Assembly: GCA_023250195.1 (NCBI GenBank)
Contig: JAHFBF010000004.1
Coordinates: 5,675-69,674 of the forward strand
Direction of reading: 5' to 3'
DNA from: Candidatus Melainabacteria bacterium
GTDB taxonomy: Bacteria > Cyanobacteriota > Vampirovibrionia > 2-02-FULL-35-15
DNA length: 64,000 nucleotides
Shown here: positions 50,421-60,292 of the stretch, in pieces
Layout of the letters: every line of letters begins with the position of its first letter
How positions within the stretch are numbered: position 1 is the stretch's first letter
Notes under the pieces: model-generated
What the model was told of the DNA's origin: nothing
What the model saw: the letters and a program-made list of their open reading frames with translations, nothing else
Databases searched by the model: none
Translations under genes and position numbers: made by a program

Positions 50421-50900
50421 TTATTTAGCCATTGTACTTACAGAATAATCAATTTGTGGAATATCTTTGAAAATCACCCTGTCACCAACTTTAATCATAT
50501 ATTTATCACTAAATCCACCATTTACTTCAACAACTTCACTTACTAAAGCATCTGAAGGGTAAAGAGTAGTAGTCTGATTTGGTACTGTATTTTTTGCAAT
50601 TTTGACAATCTTTCCTTTATTTATAAAAATCATATCAAGAGAGATTAAAGTCTCTTTCATCCAGAAAGTTACCTGTTTTGCTGGTCTAAAAACAAAAACC
50701 ATTCCTCGATTTTCAGCAAGATTTGGCCTATTCATTAAACCTTTTTCTTTTTCCTGTTCAGTTGCTGCAACTTCAAGAAAAACTTTTACATTTGGTTTTC
50801 TAATAAATTTTACAAAACCTTCCTGTGCTTCTGCAGAAATCAGCGATTGCAAAAGTAAGCCTGAAATTAAAGTTGAAATTATTATTAACCGTTTAATCAT
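50421..50900 (-). CDS. Exported DUF192-family protein
   Basis: EVA.T..E..KGLM.R, GMVF, FWMKET.ISLDMIF. Confidence 0.9.
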   Translation of the reverse strand: MIKRLIIISTLISGLLLQSLISAEAQEGFVKFIRKPNVKVFLEVAATEQEKEKGLMNRPNLAENRGMVFVFRPAKQVTFWMKETLISLDMIFINKGKIVKIAKNTVPNQTTTLYPSDALVSEVVEVNGGFSDKYMIKVGDRVIFKDIPQIDYSVSTMAK

Positions 50901-50978
50901 TCTTGTTTTTACCTACCGCCCTCCTCGCTCATTCTTATTAATTTATACCCTATCCTACTTTTTCCGTCTCTTCCTCTA

Positions 50979-52514
50979 TTACCATCCATACTTCGTATAA
51001 AAAGTTATCTTATTATTTGGATTCACCCAGTCAATTAATACTCCTTCATTATCCGGTAATGATCGGCTTTTAATTCCACCATTTGGTTCAATAAAAGCAG
51101 AAATTCCATTATTAGCAGCTATAATGACCGGTTTTCTGTTTTCAATTGCTCTGAATACTGCAAACGCAAGAAATTGCTGCTTTACACGAACATTAGAAAA
51201 CCAGCTTAAATCAGAAAGATTAGTTAATAATTCTGCACCCTCTATCACATGTTTTCTAACTATTGAAGGGAAAATCAATTCAAAGCAGATTGTTGTACCA
51301 ACCTTTCCAAATGAAGCATCGAACGGGATATTTTCTTCCCCTTCACCAAAACCTTCTCCTATAGAAAATGATGCCAGCTTTTTTAAAGCTTCAGGCAGAA
51401 GAAATGATAAAGGTACAAATTCTCCAAATGGTACAAGTCTTTCTTTTTCATAATATGAAAAGTTTTTTCCGGTTGAATTTGAGTAAACTGCACAATTTGT
51501 AAACTTTTCCTGATTTTTACAATAGCTTCCAAAAATCAGATCTGACTGCTTCTTTAATGCCAGGTTTTTGAACCACGCCTGGGTAATAGGATCATGGGTA
51601 AAGTTAGTCGGCAAAGCACCTTCTGGTGCAATAAATAAAGCCACTTCATTATTTTCAATTAATCCCCTGTAAGTTTTTTTTGCCAAATTTATATCGAGTT
51701 TTTCTCCACGCGTAATTTTTATAGGAAGATTTCCCTGTAAGACGCAAACTGTCTTAGAGCTTTCAGAAAATGATTCCTGATTTTTCCAGAACAGATATAG
51801 ACTAAAGGCAATACTCAAAAAAATCAAGCTGGATATAAAAGAAAAACAGACAACAATAGAAGTAAGTTTTCCCGGATCTCTTGGTATATATCGATTCCCG
51901 ATCTTTTCAATATTAAATAACCAGATAAAAAAGTCTGCAAAGGCTATATTGAAAAATACAATTAAAAAGCTTATTGAAACACTTCCAAAATATTCTGCAA
52001 TTTGAATTAAATAAAGATTCTTATACTGGCTGTACTCAATTAATGTCCATGGAACCCCAAGCAGACACTTACATGCTAAAAGCTTATTAAATACAAGGAG
52101 CCAGAGGAAAGTATTTATCAAAATGTAAAATATCCCACTTCTGTAAGGAGTGAGAGAAAATTTCTTTATAAGAAAGACGCTGGTGGCAAATAAAATAAAG
52201 AAAAATGAATTATAAAGACTGACTACAATAACAGCAAGAAAAGAAATCAGATAACTTTGAGAATCACTAAAACCTATCCAATTTAAAGGATGCATTGAAA
52301 ACAACCAGTGCAAATAGGACAGATTATACGCAAATCCAAAGAGAAAAGAATATATAACCACACCTTTTATTGTCTTTGAAGTGTTTATAATTATAAAAAG
52401 CGGGACAAGTCCAATCCAGGCAAGAAACCAGAGATCATACCCTGGTCCACTAAGCGATAAAATAAACCCACTGAGAAAAATTAAAAATGCTTTTGTAGAA
52501 GGACGATTAAACAT
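50979..52514 (-). CDS. lnt: Apolipoprotein N-acyltransferase
   Basis: Multiple TMs, QGN, PEGA, YEKERLVPFGEF, ICFE, RAIE. Confidence 0.93.
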   Translation of the reverse strand: MFNRPSTKAFLIFLSGFILSLSGPGYDLWFLAWIGLVPLFIIINTSKTIKGVVIYSFLFGFAYNLSYLHWLFSMHPLNWIGFSDSQSYLISFLAVIVVSLYNSFFFILFATSVFLIKKFSLTPYRSGIFYILINTFLWLLVFNKLLACKCLLGVPWTLIEYSQYKNLYLIQIAEYFGSVSISFLIVFFNIAFADFFIWLFNIEKIGNRYIPRDPGKLTSIVVCFSFISSLIFLSIAFSLYLFWKNQESFSESSKTVCVLQGNLPIKITRGEKLDINLAKKTYRGLIENNEVALFIAPEGALPTNFTHDPITQAWFKNLALKKQSDLIFGSYCKNQEKFTNCAVYSNSTGKNFSYYEKERLVPFGEFVPLSFLLPEALKKLASFSIGEGFGEGEENIPFDASFGKVGTTICFELIFPSIVRKHVIEGAELLTNLSDLSWFSNVRVKQQFLAFAVFRAIENRKPVIIAANNGISAFIEPNGGIKSRSLPDNEGVLIDWVNPNNKITFYTKYGW

Positions 52515-52581
52515 AAGTATAAGTTAACATGATTAATATTCAACCATCGTAATAATTTATCAATAATAAATTAACAAGAAA

Positions 52582-52716
52582 AGATTTTGCCGATTCATTT
52601 GGCAAAATCTGTATAATGTTATAAAAGTAGTCCGTGAGTACTTTGCAAAGCCCGATCCGCTTCGCCCGCGAAGCGAGGCGAGCAAGCGAAGAATGAGCGA
52701 GGAGGGCGGTGAATAA
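52582..52716 (+). repeat. Variant hairpin element upstream of ruvC
   Basis: agattttgccgattcatttggcaaaatct...tactttgcaaagcccg...ggcggtgaataa. Confidence 0.6.
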
Positions 52717-52725
52717 CAATTTAAC

Positions 52726-53265
52726 ATGCATAATAATAAATTAGACAAAAAACAAAATAATTTGCATAGTATTAAAAAAGATAACATTATACTGGGTATT
52801 GATCCGGGAAGTACAGTAATTGGCTATGGAGTAATAAGCTATGAAGATAAAATGCGAAAGCCAAAAGCCCTTGATTACGGATATATAGACCTAAAAAACT
52901 ATCGCAGGCAGGAAGAAAAACTTTTACACTTACATCAAGATTTAAAACAAATATTTAAAAAACATAATCCGAGATATATGGCAATTGAAACTCTTTATTT
53001 CTTTAAAAATGCTAAAACTTTTACAGCAGTTTCAGAAGCAAAAGGAGTTATTCTTCTGGCTGCAGCAGAAGCTGGAATTGATATTCATGAATACACCCCT
53101 TTGCAGGTAAAGCAGACTATTTCAGGATATGGCAAAGCAGATAAAAGATTTATTGAAAAATTAATACAAAGTGCACTGGACATATGTTCTAAGATAAAGC
53201 CTGATGATTCTTCAGATGCACTGGCCATAGCACTTTGTCATTATCATCATCAGTTAAATGTCTGA
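52726..53265 (+). CDS. ruvC: Holliday junction resolvase RuvC
   Basis: ILGIDPG, AIE, EYTPLQVKQ..SGYGKADK, PDDSSDALAIA. Confidence 0.96.
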   Translation: MHNNKLDKKQNNLHSIKKDNIILGIDPGSTVIGYGVISYEDKMRKPKALDYGYIDLKNYRRQEEKLLHLHQDLKQIFKKHNPRYMAIETLYFFKNAKTFTAVSEAKGVILLAAAEAGIDIHEYTPLQVKQTISGYGKADKRFIEKLIQSALDICSKIKPDDSSDALAIALCHYHHQLNV

Positions 53266-53571
53266 AAACTCTTACAATTCAGAAATAAAAATTAACAGGA
53301 AATTTTATAGTAAATAGAACCATTAAATCGTTTAATTTAGGGATAACCAGACCTTTGTTCTATATTATCCGTATGAAATAATAATAGTTTTATATTAAAT
53401 CTTAACCTAACCATGATTTTCTTAATATAGGGATAGTGTAGGTCTGGCAATCTAGACAAATAAGATGGATATAAAATTTAATCAGAATATTAGAGGGATG
53501 AGGTGATAAAAAGCGCTGTTTAAACGGGTTTAATAATAATAGGATGTCATAGACATATAAAGGGGATTCGC

Positions 53572-54492
53572 GTGAAAGAAGAAATTAATCAGCACAAATC
53601 AAAAAAAAGTTATGAGCTGGATCCATCTTTAAAGGATTTAGCTTTTACCTTACACAACAATTCAACTTCTCTTGAAAAAAAAGAAGAGTCAGCTGATCCT
53701 GATGAGGGATCAATATTTGAGAAATTATATTTAACAAGCGATGAAATCTCATTGTTTGCAAAAGAGGTTACTAACCTGCCAAAATTAAAATCAGATCACA
53801 AAGATTCTTTAAAAAAGATTGCTAAAACCTTTTCTAAAGCATTTTCAAGCCCAATATATTACGAAGAAGCAAATAGTCAGATACAGGAACTATTGATAGA
53901 AACATTTTTTCAGACGGCAAGAGCGCTGGCTGTAGCTGTCGAAACAAGAGATCCATATACAGGGGGACACTCAGAGAGGGTGTTTCAAATGGCAACAATA
54001 CTTGGTAAAAGATGTAACATAAGCACAACTGAACAGATGCATCTGGAAGCAGGCTCTCTATTGCACGATATTGGAAAGATTGGAATTAGAGATGGTGTGC
54101 TTATGAAACCTGGCCCTCTAACTGATTCTGAATATAAAGAAATGCAGCTTCATCCGATAATCGGGGCACATATGGTAGAAAAATTAAACTGTCTACATGG
54201 CTGCATCGATGCTGTATTGTTCCACCATGAACGAATGGACGGATATGGTTATCCTTATGGAATTAAAGGAGATGAAATTCCAATTATTGCAAGAATTACT
54301 TCAATTGCAGATGCCTATGATGCAATGACTACAAATCGAGTATACAGAAAAGCACTGAGTCATGAAAATGCTATAGAAGAAATTATACGCAATAGTGGCA
54401 CACAATTTGATCCTGAAATAGTTAAAGTTTTTGTCAAATGGTGGGAAAAAACTTTTCATAAAGCCGCAGGGACAAAACAACAAGTAGTTTAG
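53572..54492 (+). CDS. HD-GYP domain cyclic-dinucleotide phosphodiesterase
   Basis: DPYTGGHSERV, LHDIGK, HHERMDGYGYP, DAYDAMT..RVYR. Confidence 0.92.
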   Translation: MKEEINQHKSKKSYELDPSLKDLAFTLHNNSTSLEKKEESADPDEGSIFEKLYLTSDEISLFAKEVTNLPKLKSDHKDSLKKIAKTFSKAFSSPIYYEEANSQIQELLIETFFQTARALAVAVETRDPYTGGHSERVFQMATILGKRCNISTTEQMHLEAGSLLHDIGKIGIRDGVLMKPGPLTDSEYKEMQLHPIIGAHMVEKLNCLHGCIDAVLFHHERMDGYGYPYGIKGDEIPIIARITSIADAYDAMTTNRVYRKALSHENAIEEIIRNSGTQFDPEIVKVFVKWWEKTFHKAAGTKQQVV

Positions 54493-54519
54493 AGTTTAAT
54501 ATAACTACTCACGTCATTG

Positions 54520-54728
54520 GAGCTCATCTGAAAACTCTTATAGGGTAAATTTGCATTTTTGTCACATAAATATTGATTGAAAAATAAAATGTCATTCCGG
54601 GCTTGACCCGGAATCCAGACGGTTACACAATAGCGTACTTATCTGGATTCCCATTTTCATGGGAATGACAATTGACCTTATGTTGAAAAAATCAGTTAAG
54701 CTCATAGTAGGACTTTTGAGGTGAGCTC
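54520..54728. mobile_element. ~209-bp MITE inserted in GTCATTGCGAG repeat (54513-54798)
   Basis: TIRs gagctcatctgaaaact / acttttgaggtgagctc; TTG duplicated; internal GTCATTCC pair at 54591-54669. Confidence 0.8.
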
Positions 54729-54832
54729 TTGCGAGGAGTCCGACTTTGACGGACGACGAAGCAATCTCACAAACGTTAGGAGATTGCCACGCAATGACGT
54801 GGAAAGATGAAATTACTCCTTAGCAATTACAA

Positions 54833-55228
54833 TTAATACTCATCCAATCCAAGTTGTTGTGCAATAACCACTAGATAAAATCTATCTATACTTTCATTTA
54901 AGTCTTCTTCCAGGGATTTCATTAATCTGTAAATTAAAAGTTTAACTGCGGACTCTTTTACATATAAACAATGAGCTATTTTGATATTAGAAAACCCTTT
55001 TGCTACAAGTTTCAAGACATTGATTTGTTTTTGTGTAAGTCCTATTTTAACTTCATTATAATTAAATAAAATCCTTTGCCCTGTAGCAAGCTTTCTTTCA
55101 TTTAAGTAATTGTCATAGTCAAGTTTAAATTCTAATGGTGAGCTTAACTGTACTCCGTTTAACGAATGTTCTACCGATGAATGTTCCATCTCTCCCCCCT
55201 GCAAAACAGATTCCATTATCTTTTGCAA
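54833..55228 (-). CDS. Small LuxR-type HTH protein
   Basis: LTQKQINVLKLVAKGFSNIKIA..LYVKESAVK. Confidence 0.75.
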   Translation of the reverse strand: MQKIMESVLQGGEMEHSSVEHSLNGVQLSSPLEFKLDYDNYLNERKLATGQRILFNYNEVKIGLTQKQINVLKLVAKGFSNIKIAHCLYVKESAVKLLIYRLMKSLEEDLNESIDRFYLVVIAQQLGLDEY

Positions 55229-55430
55229 TCTAAGAAAAAATAAGCAGGCAAAAGATGTATGAGGTTACAAGTTAAATTCAAAAGAAAAAATTAAAATCGA
55301 ATAAATTTCTATTGCCAACAGCAAATTGTTTTGTAAATCATAAAACTGAGAAATGAATCATCTTTTTTTAGCTTAAAGAGTCCACAGAGAAAATATTATC
55401 TCTTGACAGTTCTTTATAAAGATTTAAGGT

Positions 55431-56171
55431 TTAAAGAACTGTTTTTCCAAAGCCCAATTTTGAAGCCAATAACAATAAAACCCTTGGTCTGATCGGATGC
55501 ATACTAAATGCTTCTGCAAACTTTACTTTAACTTCGTTTACATATGACTGAACTGTTTTAATTTCAATATTTAACAGAGCTGCTATCTGATCATTTTCTT
55601 TTCCATCAGCTATATAATGCAGGATTTCTCTTTGGCGGGGAGAAAATTGAATTTGTGGAAGTTTTTCAGCAGTAAAAATTAATATTTCCTGATCATCATA
55701 AACTCTGTGAATAAATTCAGGTAACCTGCCAATAGAAATCGCCTTTTCAATATAGGCTTGCGCACCTACATCCAGACATCTATGTATTCTTGCCCAGCCA
55801 GTTTCACTTGAGAATACTATTACTTTGCAGTTTGCTATTTTTTTTAATTTACTTATGTAATTTCTTAATTCATATTTTTCATAACCGGGCATCCTAAGAT
55901 CCATAAGAACTACATTAGGCTGGACAACCGCTGCTTTTTCAAGTAATTCATCATATGACATTGCTGCACCAACAATTTTTATTTTTGGATCTTTGTTTAA
56001 GTCTGATTCTACTCCTTGAATTAAATAAGGATGATCATCAGCAATTAAAGTAAGTATGATCCCTCTTTTGGTATTGTTTTGGGCAGGATCATTGAATTTA
56101 ATTTCTCCTTGTCCAAAACTGCTTTTAGAAAAGGTATACAAATAACCCTGGCTTTGTGTAACAGAATTCAT
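55431..56171 (-). CDS. NarL/LuxR-family response regulator
   Basis: IADDHP, LMDLRMPG, YIEK; FSPRQREIL...G.ENDQIA..L.IEIKTV. Confidence 0.92.
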   Translation of the reverse strand: MNSVTQSQGYLYTFSKSSFGQGEIKFNDPAQNNTKRGIILTLIADDHPYLIQGVESDLNKDPKIKIVGAAMSYDELLEKAAVVQPNVVLMDLRMPGYEKYELRNYISKLKKIANCKVIVFSSETGWARIHRCLDVGAQAYIEKAISIGRLPEFIHRVYDDQEILIFTAEKLPQIQFSPRQREILHYIADGKENDQIAALLNIEIKTVQSYVNEVKVKFAEAFSMHPIRPRVLLLLASKLGFGKTVL

Positions 56172-56227
56172 GTTTTTCTCTCCTCTGTAAAGTACACCTG
56201 ATCTACTTTGTATAGCTCAAACTGGCG

Positions 56228-56273
56228 AAAAACTCTGTGAGCTTGCTCCAGAGATAGTTGATTTGAAGGGAGG
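56228..56273 (-). other. Duplicated 46-bp element, copy 2 (response regulator leader)
   Basis: aaaaactctgtgagcttgctccagagatagttgatttgaagggagg. Confidence 0.6.
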
Positions 56274-56587
56274 TGTTTTATTTTCACCATTTTATAATGA
56301 CTTCAGAAAAACAATTATTAAATTTTGAAAGAGGTAATACTTTCCCTTATCTAAAGTTAAAAGCCTTTAATTAAAATACTTAGATATTATCTACAAAATA
56401 GGGATTTCAGGTCATTTAATATAAAAAATATTTAATATTCATGAAGTCAGACTAAGATAAAATCCTACCCAGAAACACGTCATTGCGAGACCTTTAAAGA
56501 AGGTCGTGGGAATGACATAGAGAGTTTAAATGTATTAGAATTACTACCAAGATTTTAAAATTAGATTAAAAACAAGAAGAGGTTCGC

Positions 56588-57841
56588 TTGGAAGATACAA
56601 TTACGAAAGGCCAGATTCAATCCTTAATTAATGGATTGTTTCTGCAGCCAACTCTTAAAGAAGATTCAAATATCATCTCATTGACCAGTAATGAGCTTGC
56701 CGATATATCTTTAAAAATCAGCAAGTATATAAGAACTGAACAGCAGATAGATAAATTATTGGGAAATGCAGTCAGCCTTTTAGGAAGTGCCGGCATTGCA
56801 GAAAGAGTTTTATTATTCCAGCTAAATAGCGATAATTCTAAAGCTTTGTTAACACAGTACTGGGAAAGTCCATATGTTTCCAAATTTAATCCGATTGATT
56901 TTGAATTAGATTTGCCTGACCTGCCTCTATTAAAAATATTCAATACAAACTCAAGGAATTCATTCCAGATAGAAGATGTCTCAGAATATCTTGGACTGCC
57001 AAACTACATTTTAAGAAACAAGCTTAAGGCACTATTTCTCAAACTTAAAAGCAAATCTCTATTAGTTACAACAGGAAGTTCAGACAATATTAAAATTATA
57101 CTTAATCTTCAGTTCTGTACAAGAAACATAATATGGAGCAATGAAATAGAAAAAGTTATACAATCTGTAATTAACCAGTTGGCAATTGCAATTCAAAGCC
57201 ATTCAGACAAAAAGAAAAAAGAAAATCTTCAAAGGAATATAACTGAACTTCAGGAAAGTGCGATAAAAGAACAGGAAGAGATGCTTTGCCGCTTTGCAAG
57301 CGACTTACATGATCTCCCCTGCAGCATAATTCCAAGTTTAAAGCTTGCAATTAAAAATAAAGATCTGGAAGAATGTGGAAGGCTTGTAGATGAAGTTCAC
57401 AGCAGTTTAAGACAACTTATTAATGAATATATAGTTCCTGATATAAACCTCCTTGGTTTTGTAAACACTATTTATCAGTTTATTAACGGATTTAAAAAAA
57501 CATTTAAGGGTAAAGTTATTCTTGAACTGCCTGATGAGGAAATAAACATTCCTCATAAAAAAGCTACTGAATTTTTTAAAGTAATAAGAGAATGGTTTTG
57601 TAACATAGAAAAACATTCTAATGCTGATCTTGTGGAATTCAAGCTGAAGAAACCCAATGATTATTGTTTTTTAATTACAATTTCCGACAACGGAAAAGGA
57701 TTTGACACAAACGATCCCAGAAACCTGGGTTATGGAATATTGAATATAAAAAAAAGGCTTTCAGAAACAAATTCAAAATTTGAAATTAAAAGTGAAGTAA
57801 ATAATGGGGCAACTTTAAAGATACAGACCACTATGGATTAG
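56588..57841 (+). CDS. Soluble sensor histidine kinase (GAF-like plus HisKA_3-type)
   Basis: ASDLHD H-box, NIEKHS.A, ISDNGKGFD, GYGI..IKKR, NNGAT; no TM seen. Confidence 0.88.
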   Translation: MEDTITKGQIQSLINGLFLQPTLKEDSNIISLTSNELADISLKISKYIRTEQQIDKLLGNAVSLLGSAGIAERVLLFQLNSDNSKALLTQYWESPYVSKFNPIDFELDLPDLPLLKIFNTNSRNSFQIEDVSEYLGLPNYILRNKLKALFLKLKSKSLLVTTGSSDNIKIILNLQFCTRNIIWSNEIEKVIQSVINQLAIAIQSHSDKKKKENLQRNITELQESAIKEQEEMLCRFASDLHDLPCSIIPSLKLAIKNKDLEECGRLVDEVHSSLRQLINEYIVPDINLLGFVNTIYQFINGFKKTFKGKVILELPDEEINIPHKKATEFFKVIREWFCNIEKHSNADLVEFKLKKPNDYCFLITISDNGKGFDTNDPRNLGYGILNIKKRLSETNSKFEIKSEVNNGATLKIQTTMD

Positions 57842-57855
57842 AATTAATAAGACAT

Positions 57856-57930
57856 GTCATTCCCTGGCTCGACCAGGGAATCCAGGCAAGACGGCTACTG
57901 ATACTGGATTCCCGCGAAAGCGGGAATGAC
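57856..57930. repeat. GTCATTCC-type paired repeat
   Basis: gtcattccctggctcgaccagggaatcc...ggattcccgcgaaagcgggaatgac. Confidence 0.88.
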
Positions 57931-57982
57931 ACATTCTATTTAAAAATCATTTTCAAGATAATTATGTTAGAATACTTACGTT

Positions 57983-58210
57983 ATGGCATATTTTATCGTA
58001 GGAATCCAAGTATTCAGCGGAATAGCATTAATTACTCTTATACTTCTCCACGCAGCTAAAGGAGAAGGACTTGGTGGAATTGGCAGCTCTGCAAATCTAT
58101 TTACAGGAGCTTCTCAAGCTGAAGCTGGTTTAGACAAAGTTACATGGATAGCAGCAACAGTATTTATGTTTTCATCTGCACTGGTTGGCTGGGGAATTAT
58201 CAAGTTTTAG
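57983..58210 (+). CDS. secG: Preprotein translocase subunit SecG
   Basis: LILLH.AKGEGLGGIG....F.....AEAGLDKVTW. Confidence 0.92.
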   Translation: MAYFIVGIQVFSGIALITLILLHAAKGEGLGGIGSSANLFTGASQAEAGLDKVTWIAATVFMFSSALVGWGIIKF

Positions 58211-59083
58211 GTTACTGAGATTTTTAATGAGTTCACTGCTTTCAGACAATTCTGGGTTAACAGTAATAAGAAGACTATCATTGGTGATACCATGCTTAGA
58301 AATATTCTTAAGTAATATCTCTAAGGATTCTAATTCTTGTAAATTTGCACCTCCTTCTGTTTGAGCACTTTTGCATATCTGTACTATTTTCAGGAGCTGC
58401 TGTCCTATCATTTTTTGCGTATCTTTTGATTCGAATTTTAAGAACTCAATAGCCTGTTTTACCAGATCTACTATTACAGCAATTATTTGGACTTTTTCTT
58501 CTTTTTCCAAATCTCCCGATTGTAAGTCACTTACAAATTTATTTAACAGCATCATACATCCTGAAAGTGAGCTGGCTGTAGGATGTATGAATTGGATTTT
58601 TTCTTCTTTTTTATCGAAGCACTCAATAAAACCTTTTATTAGTGAATAATTCAGAGTTGTACAAAAATCAAGCTCTACAAGTCCTTCTCTTATCATTGCA
58701 TCTATCTCTGTACAAATTTCTTTTAATTCCTTTATAAGACGTGCTAATTCTCTTTTTGAAAGAGAAAAAATACGCCCGGATAAATATAACTCTTTAATTT
58801 CATTAGCAAGTTTATTAATTAATTTCCGTACACTTGCATTTCTTATAGCCGAATCTTTTTCATCCCTCAAACCTTTTAAAAAATCTACAGCGCCAGATAA
58901 GCTAAAAAGTGAAACTCTTGAAAGAGTAAAATTAGATTCATCTTGATTTCTTCTAGGAGTAAAGCTATCAAATCTATCTGTATTCTCAGAAGAAGGTGAT
59001 ATTTGAGTATCATTTTGTCTCTGAGACAAATCAGACGCTCTATCAAAAGAATTGTTGGAAACTTCTATATTGTTAACACCCAT
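58172..59083 (-). CDS. Hypothetical helical protein
   Basis: 303-aa ORF with AGGTGG RBS; 3' end overlaps secG. Confidence 0.6.
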   Translation of the reverse strand: MGVNNIEVSNNSFDRASDLSQRQNDTQISPSSENTDRFDSFTPRRNQDESNFTLSRVSLFSLSGAVDFLKGLRDEKDSAIRNASVRKLINKLANEIKELYLSGRIFSLSKRELARLIKELKEICTEIDAMIREGLVELDFCTTLNYSLIKGFIECFDKKEEKIQFIHPTASSLSGCMMLLNKFVSDLQSGDLEKEEKVQIIAVIVDLVKQAIEFLKFESKDTQKMIGQQLLKIVQICKSAQTEGGANLQELESLEILLKNISKHGITNDSLLITVNPELSESSELIKNLSNLKLDNSPANQCR

Positions 59084-59153
59084 AATCCCACCTATTACTA
59101 ATACATATAAAGAAATTAAAGAATTAACTTTGACAAGGAATTATAATATTCAT

Positions 59154-59918
59154 ATGACTCTTAAACAAAGTTTAACCAAAGCAAAACTAATTGATAATGT
59201 AGAACTCGGGAAAGATTATTATGTAAGTTGGTTTCATATTCCAGAACTTACGAAAAACATAAATCCCGGTCAGTTTGTAATGATGGAGTCCGGACAATAT
59301 CTCTTAAGACCTTTCAGCGTATATGAAACAAAAGGGGATAGTGCCGGGTTCCTTTATCGGGTAATCGGTGGCGGAACCAGCTTTCTTAGTAGACTAAAAA
59401 TCGGAAATGAAGTTTTAATACATGGACCGCTTGGCAGGGGTTTTACATATCCACAGAATAAAAACAAATCAATTTTAATCGTGGCCGGCGGAATAGGAAT
59501 AGCTACTTTTCCACTTGTAGCAAGAATAGCATCTGAAAATGGGTACAAAATAAAGACTTTATTTGGGGCAAGAAGTAAAAATGATCTTGTCTGCACAGAA
59601 GAATTGAAAAAATATGGAGAAGTAGAATCTATAACTGACGATGGCAGCTCTGGAAGAAAAGGCCTTGTTACTGAACTGTTAACAACTGAATTAATTAAAA
59701 ACAAAGATCAGGAAGTTTTTGTATGCGGTCCAACCCCAATGTTAAAGAGTGTTATAAAAGTTTGTAATGAATTTGGAGTCATAGCACAGGTATCTTTTGA
59801 AGAATATATGGCCTGTGGCTATGGAGTATGCATGTCCTGTGTAATCAAAACAAACGACAAATATCTTAGAACCTGTGTTGATGGTCCTGTTATGAGGTCT
59901 GATATTGTCGCTGTGTAA
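59154..59918 (+). CDS. pyrK: Dihydroorotate dehydrogenase electron transfer subunit
   Basis: LRPFS, GPLGRGF, AGGIG, CGPTPM, MACGYGVCMSC, CVDGPV. Confidence 0.9.
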   Translation: MTLKQSLTKAKLIDNVELGKDYYVSWFHIPELTKNINPGQFVMMESGQYLLRPFSVYETKGDSAGFLYRVIGGGTSFLSRLKIGNEVLIHGPLGRGFTYPQNKNKSILIVAGGIGIATFPLVARIASENGYKIKTLFGARSKNDLVCTEELKKYGEVESITDDGSSGRKGLVTELLTTELIKNKDQEVFVCGPTPMLKSVIKVCNEFGVIAQVSFEEYMACGYGVCMSCVIKTNDKYLRTCVDGPVMRSDIVAV

Positions 59919-59935
59919 AATTAACTGATGCTATG

Positions 59936-60292
59936 TCACTTCTTAGTAGCCAATTCTTTATCAATCTTCTGTAAAAACTGTTGCATTACGCTTATTAACT
60001 CGTTCAGTTCAAATATTTTTAATAAGTTATCAGATCCGTTTAAACCTTCGATTGGTTTTAAAATTTCTTTTACATTTTCATCAATTATATTTTTTGCACC
60101 AAGTGATTCAAAAGAAACTGTTTGATTGTTTTCCAGCCTAATTAATGCTGAATGCCCTACTTCCTGAACTGGATCAAGATAGTTAAACATTCCTGAAATT
60201 ACAACTTTACTACTAATGTGTTCAGCACTTAAATCAATTTCACGTCCTGAACTTAAAATATATTTTCTATTTGAAAAAATTGCTTTACGCAT
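59936..60292 (-). CDS. Hypothetical protein overlapping methyltransferase stop
   Basis: 118-aa ORF, 8-nt overlap. Confidence 0.5.
   Translation of the reverse strand: MRKAIFSNRKYILSSGREIDLSAEHISSKVVISGMFNYLDPVQEVGHSALIRLENNQTVSFESLGAKNIIDENVKEILKPIEGLNGSDNLLKIFELNELISVMQQFLQKIDKELATKK

Noticed and set aside
56228..56273. Glycine riboswitch (CTCTGGAG/GGAGCAAGCTC resemblance)
   Set aside because: Lacks GGAGA...CCGAAG...CTCTCAGG architecture and is not upstream of gcv genes.
59130..59147. TTGACA plus TATAAT as a canonical promoter for pyrK
   Set aside because: Only 6 nt between the hexamers; just the -10 was retained as a leaderless candidate.
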